DNA of 61,819 nt. Origin: Candidatus Limnocylindrales bacterium. Its GTDB lineage: Bacteria > Chloroflexota > Limnocylindria > Limnocylindrales > CSP1-4. The notes under the pieces were generated by a model that did not search any database, was not told the origin of the DNA, and saw only the letters and a list, made by a program, of their open reading frames with translations. The position numbers and the translations under genes were made by a program. The stretch spans positions 1 to 61,819 of the forward strand of contig JBBSAV010000004.1 in NCBI GenBank assembly GCA_038251965.1, given 5' to 3'. Positions 8,890-18,011 of this stretch are shown piece after piece. Numbering within the stretch: position 1 is the first letter of the stretch; each line of letters starts with the position of its first letter.

Positions 8890-9741
8890 ATGGCTCGCAT
8901 CAGCGGCGTCGTCATCGCGCTCAACGAGGCGCACCAACTGCACTACGCGCTCTCCACCTTGCTGCCGTGGTGTGATGAGGTCATCGTCGTCGATCAGCAT
9001 TCCGAGGATGAGACAGCCGCCATCGCCGAGCGGATGGGCGCGACCGTGTACCAGCACGACCGCACCGGCGGCATCGCTGACCCAGCGCGTCGCTTCGCTG
9101 TGTCGAAGGCTAGCGGTGACTGGATCTTCATCCTCGATGCCGACGAGATGGTGCCGCCGACGCTGGCAGCGCACCTGCGGGAGCTGGCCGACTCCGAGCC
9201 CCCCATCGATGTCGTGCTGGTGCCGCGAGCCAACGTCATCCTGGGGCGCTGGATCAGGCACGGGAACAACTGGCCCAGCCGACACGCGCGCTTCTTCCGA
9301 CCCGGTTCGCTGCTGATGACCGACCGCATCCATCGCTCCATCGAGCCGGCACCCGGCACCCGCCGCCACCAGCTCGCGGCCGATGCCGATCTGGCCATCT
9401 GGCACTTTCCGGGCGGTAACCTCTCCGACCTGGTGCGCAAGGTCGACCGTTATACCGATATCGAGGCGCGCCAGGCCTACGCTCGCGGCCGCCGTGTCGA
9501 CCGACCCAGCGAGTTGTTCGGAGAAGCCGCCCGCTACTTCTGGCGACAGTACGTTCGCGGCCGCGGCTACCGCGACGGCAGCATGGGCCTGGCCATCGCC
9601 ATCACGCGGACCTACTACCGCGTGCTGACCGCCGCCAAGCTGTGGGAGTTGCCGCGCAAGAAGGCGCGTGCCGCACAGGTGGAGCTGCTCCGTGAGCGGC
9701 TGCTGGAGCGCTGGGAGTCGAACGATCCCGACCACGTATAG
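8890..9741 (+). CDS. family 2 glycosyltransferase (tandem paralog)
   Basis: MARISGVVIALNEAHQL..CDEVIVVDQHSEDET..ILDADEM. The ATG lies 2 nt after the previous stop. It is colinear with the 7982-8887 protein. Confidence 0.75.
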   Translation: MARISGVVIALNEAHQLHYALSTLLPWCDEVIVVDQHSEDETAAIAERMGATVYQHDRTGGIADPARRFAVSKASGDWIFILDADEMVPPTLAAHLRELADSEPPIDVVLVPRANVILGRWIRHGNNWPSRHARFFRPGSLLMTDRIHRSIEPAPGTRRHQLAADADLAIWHFPGGNLSDLVRKVDRYTDIEARQAYARGRRVDRPSELFGEAARYFWRQYVRGRGYRDGSMGLAIAITRTYYRVLTAAKLWELPRKKARAAQVELLRERLLERWESNDPDHV

Positions 9742-10993
9742 CCAGCGGGAACGCGTCGCCCACGTGGTGCGGCGGCTTGGTATCGGCGCCCACCCCGCCC
9801 TCGCCGCCGAGTTGCCGGATGTGGCAGCGGCGACCAGCGCCATGCTCGACTTCAGCCCGCCGCAGCTGCCACCAGACGTCAAGGCACCGCGCGACTGGGA
9901 CAGCATCGACTACGACCTGGTCTGGCAGCGCCTCGTCCCCTGGTGGATGGAACGCATCGCGTCCGGGCGTCAACCCCTTGCCGAGCGGCTGGTGTGGTTC
10001 TGGCAGGACCTCCTCGCGGTCAGTGGCGAGAAGGTCGACAACCCCTACATCCTGTGGCAGTACCACGACACCGTTCGCCGCCACGCGCTCGGCAGCTTCG
10101 CTGACCTGCTGCACGCGGTCTCCACCTCCGCCGCCATGCTGCAGTACCTCGATGGCCAACAAAACGCCATCGACGCCCCCAACGAGAACTTCGCACGCGA
10201 GGTCATGGAGCTGCACACCATCGGCCTGGGCGAGTACACGCAGGCTGACGTTGCCGAGCTGGCCCGGGCCACCAGCGGCTGGGTCGTCAACTACCCGCAC
10301 CCGGAGAAGAAGGGTCGCTTCGAATACCGCGATGCGCCACCCTGGAGCGGTGTGTTCTTGCCTGATCGCCACGACGCGGGGTACAAGTCCTTCCTCGGCA
10401 CGACCGACCGCTACGACCTGCCCGGCGCCATCGAGCGACTCCTTGAGCACCCCTCCACTGGACGCGCCGTGGCGGCCAAGCTCTACCACGAGCTGGTGGG
10501 CCTGGAGGCTGATGCCGCGACCGCCGAACGGCTCGGCACCCGGTTCGCCCGCGACTACGGCGTGCGCGGGCTGGTCGAGGACATCACGGACGATCCGGCC
10601 TTCCTCTCCGATGCCGCGGTCCGCTCGCGCATCCGCAGTCCGCTGGAGAAGGCCGCTACGGTCATGCAGGCGTTCCCGCTACGCGACGATTTCGACGCCA
10701 CCTCATTGTTCTGGATGTTCGACAAGCTCAACTACTTACCACTGCATCCGCCCAACCCGGCCGGCTTTCCCAAGGGCGTCGACCTGCTCGATCCGGCGCG
10801 CATCATGGGGTCCTTCGAGCTCCTGAGCATGGTGGACGACCCTGAGGAGCGAGGTGACGCGCCTGCCGATCCGCTCGCGGCGCTGGGCCTCTTCGATGTG
10901 TCCGAGCAGACACGCGAGCTGGTGGGCCGCTTCACCCGACCGGGCCTGGCGTTGGGGCTCGCTTTCGGGTCGCCCGAATTCCAGCTGGTGTGA
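9668..10993 (+). CDS. DUF1800 domain-containing protein
   Basis: NENFAREVMELHTIGLGEYTQADVAELARATSGW is a hallmark DUF1800 block. The start is uncertain: the ATG at 9668 overlaps the upstream gene by 74 nt, and in-frame GTGs at 9764/9767 are alternatives. Confidence 0.75.
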   Translation: MPHRWSCSVSGCWSAGSRTIPTTYSQRERVAHVVRRLGIGAHPALAAELPDVAAATSAMLDFSPPQLPPDVKAPRDWDSIDYDLVWQRLVPWWMERIASGRQPLAERLVWFWQDLLAVSGEKVDNPYILWQYHDTVRRHALGSFADLLHAVSTSAAMLQYLDGQQNAIDAPNENFAREVMELHTIGLGEYTQADVAELARATSGWVVNYPHPEKKGRFEYRDAPPWSGVFLPDRHDAGYKSFLGTTDRYDLPGAIERLLEHPSTGRAVAAKLYHELVGLEADAATAERLGTRFARDYGVRGLVEDITDDPAFLSDAAVRSRIRSPLEKAATVMQAFPLRDDFDATSLFWMFDKLNYLPLHPPNPAGFPKGVDLLDPARIMGSFELLSMVDDPEERGDAPADPLAALGLFDVSEQTRELVGRFTRPGLALGLAFGSPEFQLV

Positions 10994-10994
10994 C

Positions 10995-12326
10995 ATGACC
11001 GACGACACGCGCGACCTTCGCGACCTCGACCATGTCGCCACCTGCGGCCTCGTCACTCGTCGAAACTTCCTGGCCGGCATGGGTAGTTTCGTAGCCGTCA
11101 TGGCCTGTGCCGGCACCGGCATCGCCGTGTTCAAAGGCGGCAACCCCGACGCCGCCTATGCCATCCCCGGAGCGGCAGCTGGACCGCTGCCCGGCCTTCC
11201 GCGGGGCGGCGTCGATGTCGCCGATCGCTCGCTCATCGTGGTCGAGCTGGGTGGTGGCAACGACTCGCTTTCGACCATCGTGCCGCTGTCCGGCCGCTAT
11301 CGTGACCTGCGTCCGACGACCGCCATCGAGGATCCGCGCCTACTGGATGACGAGATCGGCCTGCACCCGGCGCTGGGCACGATCGCGCAGATGTACGACG
11401 CGGGCGAGGTCGCCATCGTCGAGGGCCTGGGCATGGCCAAGGCGGACCTGTCGCATTTCGTCTCCATGCGGCGCTGGTGGGACGGTGCGCCCGAGTCGGA
11501 CAACACCGGCTGGCTGGGCCGCTACCTCGACGCCAGCGTGGGCTACGAGCGGGTGCTGGCGGGCATCTCCATCGGGCCCGGACCGTCCCCGGCCATGCTC
11601 GGGCGTGCCTCCTACGTGGTGGGCATCTCGGATGCGTCCGGCCTCGGTTCGGGGATCCCCTGGTGGGTCGATGATCCGCGCGACTTCCTGGGCATCTGGT
11701 CGGGATTCGTACCCGCCGATGTCCCTGTGTCCGAGCTCGACCCTGTCCACAAGGCCATCGCTGCCACGGCCAGCGCCCAGCGTCAGCTCGCCGACGGCCT
11801 CACTCCGCTGCAGCAGACCCTGGAACGCATCGAGGTGGACGCCTACTCCCTGGAGGGGCAGCTGGCGTTGGCGGCCGCGCTGGTCGCATCGGACATCCGC
11901 CCACAGGTCGTCTACGTGCACGGCAACGTCGACTTCGACACGCACGAGGACCAGGTCGCTCGCCATGCCGAGCTGATGGCGCAGCTGGATCGCGGCATCA
12001 GCCACGCTCGGGACATCCTGGCCGCGGCGGGCGCCGCCGAGCGCACGGTGATCATGACCACGTCCGAGTTCGGCCGTCGAGCGGCCGACAATGAAGGTGG
12101 CACCGACCACGGCACCGCGGCCAGCCACTTCGTCCTCGGCCCTTCGGTAGCCGGTGGACGCTACGGCGAGTCGCCCGACCTACGGCGTCTCGACCCCGAC
12201 GGCAACCTGGTCCACACCGTCGACTACCGCTCGTTGTACGCATCGATCCTCGCTGGTTGGCTCGGCGCGAGTCCCGATGAGCTGCTGCGCGCCCGCTACG
12301 AGACCCTCGACCTGTTCCGCACCTGA
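10995..12326 (+). CDS. DUF1501 domain-containing protein (Tat-signal, sulfatase-like fold)
   Basis: The N-terminus TRRNFLAGMGSFVAVMACAG is twin-arginine-like. Also FDTHEDQ and SEFGRRAADNEGGTDHG motifs. The ATG lies 1 nt after the DUF1800 stop. Confidence 0.8.
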   Translation: MTDDTRDLRDLDHVATCGLVTRRNFLAGMGSFVAVMACAGTGIAVFKGGNPDAAYAIPGAAAGPLPGLPRGGVDVADRSLIVVELGGGNDSLSTIVPLSGRYRDLRPTTAIEDPRLLDDEIGLHPALGTIAQMYDAGEVAIVEGLGMAKADLSHFVSMRRWWDGAPESDNTGWLGRYLDASVGYERVLAGISIGPGPSPAMLGRASYVVGISDASGLGSGIPWWVDDPRDFLGIWSGFVPADVPVSELDPVHKAIAATASAQRQLADGLTPLQQTLERIEVDAYSLEGQLALAAALVASDIRPQVVYVHGNVDFDTHEDQVARHAELMAQLDRGISHARDILAAAGAAERTVIMTTSEFGRRAADNEGGTDHGTAASHFVLGPSVAGGRYGESPDLRRLDPDGNLVHTVDYRSLYASILAGWLGASPDELLRARYETLDLFRT

Positions 12327-12390
12327 CCGCACGGCGTTCAGCCCCCGCCCCGCACGGCGTTCAGCTCCCGCCTCCACGGCGTTCGGGACC
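12327..12390. repeat. 23-bp tandem repeat, 2 full copies plus a partial third
   Basis: CCGCACGGCGTTCAGC(C/T)CCCGCC at 12327-12349 and 12350-12372 (22/23 identical), then a partial TCCACGGCGTTCGGGACC. It begins directly after the DUF1501 stop codon. Confidence 0.9.
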
Positions 12391-12533
12391 GATGGCCCCC
12401 TCGGCCGCGGCGTAGCGGCACTTCCGCACGAGCGCAGACCCCCATACGGTCGAGTCGATACCGACGACCCTGCCTGTGACTGTCGACCGTTGCCGGCGGT
12501 CGCGTTTCTGAGACGACCAAGGAGATCCGATCG

Positions 12534-12593
12534 ATGCTGTGCTCGCGTGAGCAGAAGTGGGTGTCCATGACGCTCGCTCGAAGGGAGGCATGA
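12534..12593 (+). CDS. candidate 19-codon upstream ORF (MLCSREQKWVSMTLARREA) ahead of the etf gene
   Basis: AAGGAG at 12519-12524 sits 9 nt before the ATG. Its TGA ends 1 nt before the etf ATG at 12595. No homology evidence is possible at this length. Confidence 0.2.
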   Translation: MLCSREQKWVSMTLARREA

Positions 12594-12594
12594 C

Positions 12595-14487
12595 ATGGAC
12601 TGCATCGTTCTGGTCAAGCAGGTCCCGGATGTCTCCAACATCCCTGAAGAGGCTTGGGACCGCGAAAAGGGGACGCTCCGCCGGGCCATGCTCGACAGCG
12701 TCATCAACCCGCTTGACCTGCACGCCCTGACGTTCGCCGAAGAGCTGATCCGCGACGATCCTGAGGCACGGGTCGTGTTCCTGACGATGGGCCCTCCGGC
12801 CGCGCGCGAGATGCTCGTCGACTGCCTGGCACGCCTGCCAGGCCAGGCCATCCTGCTGACCGACAAGGCCTTCGCCGGCGCCGACACCGGTGCTACGGCC
12901 TACTCGCTGGCCCAGGCCATCCGGCGCATCGAGCGTGACATGTTCGACGGCTCGCGCGACTACGCCATCGTCACCGGCATGCAGTCGGTCGACGGCGACA
13001 CCGCACAGGTGCCGCCGCAGATCGCCGAGGAGCTGGGCATCGACCATATCGCCTATGCCCAGGGCCTCAGCAGGGACCCACTCGCCATCCGCCGCATCGC
13101 GGCCGAGGGCACAGAAGACGTGCGACCCACCCGCTGGCCGGTGCTCATCACGATGACCGCGGCCACCAAGCCGCTGTTCCGCTCCTTCGCAGGTGCCCGC
13201 CAGGCGCACGCGACCGAGATCTTCGAGTGGAGCGCCGAGTCGGTCGATGCCGATCGGACCCGCATCGGCCTGAAGGGCTCGTGGACACAGGTTCACCATC
13301 TCTTCTCCCCTTCGGAGTCACGCCAGAAGGCGTGCGAGTTCATCTCCGACCCGGTGGAGTTGGTGGCCAAGATTAAGGCTCGCTATGAGGCCGCCGGCTC
13401 GGCCGAGGCGCATGACGAAGCCACCGAGACGTACGACCTCGCGGGTCGTGAGGCCACGTACCACGGCGAGTTCTGGGTCTACGCCGAGCCCGAGGGTGAT
13501 GGCGTCCGCTCGGTGTCGCTGGAGCTGCTGGGTAAGGCCCGTGGATTGGCCGACAGCCTCGGTGAGAAGGTCGCCGCAGTCCTCGCGACCGACGACGCCG
13601 GCGACCGTCCGGCCACGCTCATCGCAGCCGGTGCCGACATCGTCTACGTCTTGGAGCACCCGCTGTTGGCGAGCTTCGATCCCATCGCCCACAAGGAGGT
13701 GCTGGCCAAGCTGGCCCTCGAGCGCAAGCCGCAGGTGATGCTCTTCGGCGCCAGCCCGCTCGGCCGCGAGCTGGCTCCGCGTGTGGCCTACGCCTGTCGC
13801 AGCGGTCTTACCGCCGACTGTACGCGCCTGGAGATCGGCGATTTCCAGAAGGGTGCCATCGACTGGGTCGGCATCCTCAAGCAGACCCGACCCGCGTTGG
13901 GCGGCAATGTCATGGCCACCATCATGACCAAGGACAGCCAGACACAGATGGCGACCGTCCGGCCTGGCGTGTTCAAGGTGCCGACGCCCGATCCGGCACG
14001 CAGCGGCGAGATCATCCGACCCACGGTGGAGCTACAGGCATCTGACATCGGCCTGGAGGCCACAGCGGTGGAGTCATTCGCCAGCAAGGTGTCGATCCGC
14101 GATGCCGAGGTCATCGTGGCCGGTGGTCATGGCTTCCGCACCCGCGGCGATTTCGAGACGCATCTGGTGCCGCTCGCTGAAGGGCTGGGCAAGCTACTTG
14201 GCGTGGACACCAAGGTGGCCGCCTCGCGCATGGCCGTCGAGGACGGTTGCACCACCCATGACTACCAGGTCGGCCAGACCGGTCAGACGGTGCAGCCGCG
14301 ACTCTACGTGGCCATCGGCATCTCCGGCGCCATCCAGCACATCACCGGCATGCAATCGTCAGAGGTCATCGTGGCCATCAATAAGGACCCGAAGGCCAAG
14401 ATCTTCGACTACGCCGACCTCGGTGTGGTGGGTGATATCGAGACGGTCATCCCCGCGCTGACGCGCGCCCTGGAGGTGGCAGCATGA
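12595..14487 (+). CDS. fused electron transfer flavoprotein, EtfB-like N-half plus EtfA-like C-half
   Basis: The N-half (VLVKQVPD..INPLDLHALTFAEEL..GLKGSWTQV) is beta-subunit-like. The C-half (LGRELAPRVA..VAIGISGAIQHITGMQ..IVAINKDP) is alpha-subunit-like. It is one 630-aa ORF with no internal stop. Confidence 0.85.
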   Translation: MDCIVLVKQVPDVSNIPEEAWDREKGTLRRAMLDSVINPLDLHALTFAEELIRDDPEARVVFLTMGPPAAREMLVDCLARLPGQAILLTDKAFAGADTGATAYSLAQAIRRIERDMFDGSRDYAIVTGMQSVDGDTAQVPPQIAEELGIDHIAYAQGLSRDPLAIRRIAAEGTEDVRPTRWPVLITMTAATKPLFRSFAGARQAHATEIFEWSAESVDADRTRIGLKGSWTQVHHLFSPSESRQKACEFISDPVELVAKIKARYEAAGSAEAHDEATETYDLAGREATYHGEFWVYAEPEGDGVRSVSLELLGKARGLADSLGEKVAAVLATDDAGDRPATLIAAGADIVYVLEHPLLASFDPIAHKEVLAKLALERKPQVMLFGASPLGRELAPRVAYACRSGLTADCTRLEIGDFQKGAIDWVGILKQTRPALGGNVMATIMTKDSQTQMATVRPGVFKVPTPDPARSGEIIRPTVELQASDIGLEATAVESFASKVSIRDAEVIVAGGHGFRTRGDFETHLVPLAEGLGKLLGVDTKVAASRMAVEDGCTTHDYQVGQTGQTVQPRLYVAIGISGAIQHITGMQSSEVIVAINKDPKAKIFDYADLGVVGDIETVIPALTRALEVAA

Positions 14488-16070
14488 GGCCGCTCGACGT
14501 CCTGATCGTGGGTGGCGGCCCGGCCGGCCTGGCCACGGCCATCCACCTGAAGCGACAGCTCGACGATGCCTCGGCCGAGGCATCGATCGCGGTCATCGAC
14601 AAGGCCCCGCAGCCGGGCCACCACAACCTCTCGGGTGCGGTCGTCGACCCGGCGCCACTCGACGCGCTCACGCCCGGCTGGCGCGACCACCGCACGCTGG
14701 CGCGCCGTATCGGCCCGGTCGAACAGGATGAGATGTATTTCCTGTTCGGTTCGCGCGCCATCAAGCTGCCGCATCTGGTCACGCCCCGGGCCATGGACCA
14801 CAGCGGCGACGTCGTCATGTCGGTCTCCCGTCTGACGGCCTTCCTCGCAGCCACGGCAGCGGAGGCGGGTGTGGAAGTCTACTCCGGCTTCAGCGCCCGA
14901 GACGTCATCATCGAGAACGGCCGTGTCGCCGGTGTACGTCTGGGTGAGATGGGGCTGGACGCTGAGGGTGGGCACATGCCCAACTACCGACCAGCTGAGG
15001 AGATCCGTGCCCGCGTCACGGTCCTCGCCGATGGCACTCGCGGCGTGCTCTCGCAGCAGATCCGTGATCGCTTCGGTGCCGGCGCCAACCCGCAGGCCTA
15101 CTCACTCGGCATCAAGGCCGTGATGCAGTTCGCCGATGAGCACCCCTTCGGTGCCGGTCGCGTGGCGCACTTCCTGGGCTACCCCAATCCCGCGGGTGTC
15201 TTCGGCGGCGGCTTCATCTACAGCATGGACCCCAACACGCTCGCTGTCGGCCTCATCGGGGCGCTCGACTGGAAGTACGGCGACCTTGATCCGCAGCGTG
15301 AGTTCGAGCGGTTCCGCGCCCACCCCTTCATCGCCAAGCAGCTGGCTGGTGGTGTCACCATCGCCAGCGGTGCCCGCACCATCCCCGAGGGCGGCTACTA
15401 CGCGTTGGGCAAGGTCGCGGTCCCGGGTGCGCTCGTGGTCGGTGACGGTGCCGGCTTCGTCAACATGGAGAAGATCAAGGGCATCCACAACGCCATCTGG
15501 TCGGGTATGGCCGCGGCTGACACCATCGTCGCCGGGCTCACCGCGGTCGGGTCGGGTAGGGGGGAGGTCGCCCTCGATGGCTACCAGGATCGTCTTGAGG
15601 AGCGCGGCGTGCTGCCGGAGATGCGACATGCTCGGAACTATCGCCAGGTCTTCAAGTGGGGCCTGTACGTGGGCGCTCCGCTGTCGCAGGTCGCGCACCT
15701 GATCCCTTGGCGCATCGGCATGGAGACCGATGCCGAGGGCACGAAGCGTGGCGCGCGGCTCACCCGCCAGGATCCCGGCGGCATGGACAAGGCCACCTTC
15801 GTCAGCCTCACCGGTGCCTTGCATCGCGAGGACGAGGCCGCCCATATGGCCATCCCTGACCCTGCCAAGTGCCTGACGTGCGAGGTCGACTTCGCCAACT
15901 CGTGCACAGCCTTCTGCCCAGGGCAGGTCTACCGCTGGGACGGCGAGAAGATCGTGCTCAGCCCGTCGAACTGCCTGCATTGCATGACGTGTGCGGTCAA
16001 GTGCCCGTTTGACAACATCAAGTGGCAGCCACCCGAGGGCGGGGAGGGCCCGCGCTTCACACAGATGTGA
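14484..16070 (+). CDS. electron-transferring-flavoprotein dehydrogenase (ETF-QO / FixC-FixX-like)
   Basis: VLIVGGGPAGLATA FAD motif and a C-terminal Cys-rich ferredoxin-like module (CLTCE..CTAFCP..CLHCMTCAVKCP). ATGA overlap with the etf gene. Confidence 0.85.
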   Translation: MRPLDVLIVGGGPAGLATAIHLKRQLDDASAEASIAVIDKAPQPGHHNLSGAVVDPAPLDALTPGWRDHRTLARRIGPVEQDEMYFLFGSRAIKLPHLVTPRAMDHSGDVVMSVSRLTAFLAATAAEAGVEVYSGFSARDVIIENGRVAGVRLGEMGLDAEGGHMPNYRPAEEIRARVTVLADGTRGVLSQQIRDRFGAGANPQAYSLGIKAVMQFADEHPFGAGRVAHFLGYPNPAGVFGGGFIYSMDPNTLAVGLIGALDWKYGDLDPQREFERFRAHPFIAKQLAGGVTIASGARTIPEGGYYALGKVAVPGALVVGDGAGFVNMEKIKGIHNAIWSGMAAADTIVAGLTAVGSGRGEVALDGYQDRLEERGVLPEMRHARNYRQVFKWGLYVGAPLSQVAHLIPWRIGMETDAEGTKRGARLTRQDPGGMDKATFVSLTGALHREDEAAHMAIPDPAKCLTCEVDFANSCTAFCPGQVYRWDGEKIVLSPSNCLHCMTCAVKCPFDNIKWQPPEGGEGPRFTQM

Positions 16071-16094
16071 GGCCTGCGCTTCACACAGATGTGC
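16047..16094. repeat. 24-bp tandem duplication containing the ETF-QO stop codon
   Basis: GGCCCGCGCTTCACACAGATGTGA (16047-16070) and GGCCTGCGCTTCACACAGATGTGC (16071-16094), 22/24 identical. Confidence 0.9.
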
Positions 16095-16142
16095 GAGTCC
16101 GCGCCTCGCTGTCCTCACTCATCACGCCTCACCGATCGCGCC

Positions 16143-16622
16143 TCAGGCGTCCCCGTAGTGGGACAGGCCCTTGCCCTTGGGGCCGATGGTCAGGCAGTCA
16201 CAGGTCCGCTCGCCGGCCTCATCGATGATGCGCATACGGTGGTTGATGGACGCGTCGCCGGACGCCAGCGCTGCCCCCACGACGCAGTACTTGGTGGCGG
16301 ATAGTTCGATGGCCCGTGCCACGGCCTTGTCAGCGATGCCCTTGCCCTCCACGATGTGCTCCACGGTGATGGTCGTGAACGAGTGCGGATGCTCCTCGCG
16401 CTGCTCCGCGGTGACGTCGACGCGGTAGGTATCGACGGCGACCTTCTTCTTGGCCATGATCGACGCCGCGTCCATTCCGGTACAGCCGGCCAAGGCGACC
16501 AGGACCAGCACAGAGGGGCTGTACTCGTCGGATCGGGGGGACATCCTGACGGTCGCACCGCCATCGTCGGCGCCTTCGAAATCGAGTTCGCCTTGCCAGC
16601 GAACGGTCACATGCTTGCTCAT
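16143..16622 (-). CDS. osmC: OsmC family peroxiredoxin-like protein
   Basis: 159 aa. LVALAGCTGMD and SATKYCVVG contain the two conserved OsmC cysteines. Confidence 0.8.
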   Translation of the reverse strand: MSKHVTVRWQGELDFEGADDGGATVRMSPRSDEYSPSVLVLVALAGCTGMDAASIMAKKKVAVDTYRVDVTAEQREEHPHSFTTITVEHIVEGKGIADKAVARAIELSATKYCVVGAALASGDASINHRMRIIDEAGERTCDCLTIGPKGKGLSHYGDA

Positions 16623-16684
16623 CGGCCCAGCCTACGGCATCCAGCGGCACCTGAAGCGTGCCGGTCGGACGGGTTGAGCGGGAC

Positions 16685-17059
16685 CTATCGCACAGGCCCC
16701 TCGCGGCCACGTAGGTAGCCAAGCAGCGAGGCGAACATGATCATGAAGATGACGATGAGCACCGGCAGGAGCGAGGGCACCCGCACTCCCGACGCCAACA
16801 AGGCGAACATCACCACAGCTGGCAGCCCCACGATCAGGGCGATCAGTGCCAATTGGCGGGCTTCTTCGCGCGAGCGGCCGATGAAGTAGCCCGCGATGGC
16901 TGGGGTGATGAAACAGGCAACCAGCAGCGTGAATGCGACGGTGACATGCACCGGGGCGAAGTTGCCCGCGCGTCCGACGGCGACGGGCAGATACGCCATC
17001 GCCGCACCCAGCGCGAACGCGACGAGGACGGGCGCTACGACTCCGCGATCTTCGTCCAC
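16685..17059 (-). CDS. hypothetical integral membrane protein
   Basis: 124 aa with four hydrophobic segments. No family recognised. Confidence 0.5.
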   Translation of the reverse strand: MDEDRGVVAPVLVAFALGAAMAYLPVAVGRAGNFAPVHVTVAFTLLVACFITPAIAGYFIGRSREEARQLALIALIVGLPAVVMFALLASGVRVPSLLPVLIVIFMIMFASLLGYLRGREGPVR

Positions 17060-17170
17060 GGGGCTTCTCCGGTGTGCACTGGGCGGGCGGGGCAGGTGGA
17101 GCGGTCAAGTGGCGCGGCGAAAGTTCAGGATCCGAAGGACGTGAGCCCGACTGTCTTGCAGCCGTGACCC

Positions 17171-17289
17171 GACCGCGAGGCCGCATGACCGCGAGGCCGC
17201 GAGGCCGCGAGGCCGCATGACCGCGAGGCCGCATGAACGCGAGGCCGCGAGGCCGCATGACCGCGAGGCCGCGAGGCCGCATGACCGCG
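17171..17289. repeat. nested microsatellite: 16-bp GACCGCGAGGCCGCAT units with internal 9-bp CGCGAGGCC expansions
   Basis: Five units containing 1, 3, 1, 2 and 2 copies of the 9-mer, read directly. It lies 110-230 nt upstream of the 16685-17059 gene. Confidence 0.9.
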
Positions 17290-18011
17290 TCGCAATGGTC
17301 TCATGAGACCGCGCGGAAGGCCTTGGCCGCAGAATACCGACGACCGAGCCGCGTGGCTGGAGACGGCTGGGAAGTACGCGCGCCACCTGACCGAGACCGG
17401 CTCGCGCTGCCACCTCAGCGACGGTCGGCCGCGGTTCTGTTCATGGGCGGCCGCCGAGTGGCAGGTGCCCGGCATCGGTGAACCGATGTCTGAGCAGGTC
17501 GGCGTTCGCTGCACGATCCACCCCGGCCGTCGCTATCTCGACAGCCAGGCCCGACTGGAAACCTGGCGATTTCGCCTGAAGCGGTGATGGCCTCCGCCCT
17601 GTGCTTGGCCTCGCTGTAGGCCGATGGTCGCCTCCCGTCAGGCCGCAACTGCTCAGATGCTGTCCTGGGGCGGCCTTCGCGACTTGCATGGCGGTCTTGA
17701 CGCCAGCCAGGGGCAGGGGCGACCGCCGTCGCTCGATCGGTCGACCGCGACCCATGCCCACTACTGACTCGGACATGTCCCCATGCGCATGGAACGCGCG
17801 GCGTGGACGGGTCAGTGGGATGGGTGAACGGGTCGGTGGGATGACGGCGGGCGCGCCCGGAAGGCGCCCTACCTGGCTAACGTCACCGGGGGCGACTTTT
17901 GACCAGATGCGGCGCTTGACGGTGCAGCGGTCGACGGTGTGGCCACGGACTGACCATGGGCCGACCACGGTGCCGATGGCGATGCCAGGAAGGGATGCGG
18001 CAGCTCGACGC

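Noticed and set aside
16632-17413. Minus-strand ORFs with MRPRGLAV / SRSCGLAA repeats (16632-17282, 17105-17413, 17125-17514).
   Set aside because: They are read-throughs of the nested microsatellite. They overlap each other in different frames, and one overlaps the membrane-protein gene. The repeat structure explains them fully.
17303-17587. A 94-aa + strand ORF with about 80% GC3, which is coding-like by my count.
   Set aside because: It has very high Arg, Trp and Cys content, no family resemblance and no obvious ribosome-binding site. I left it unannotated pending BLAST or expression data.
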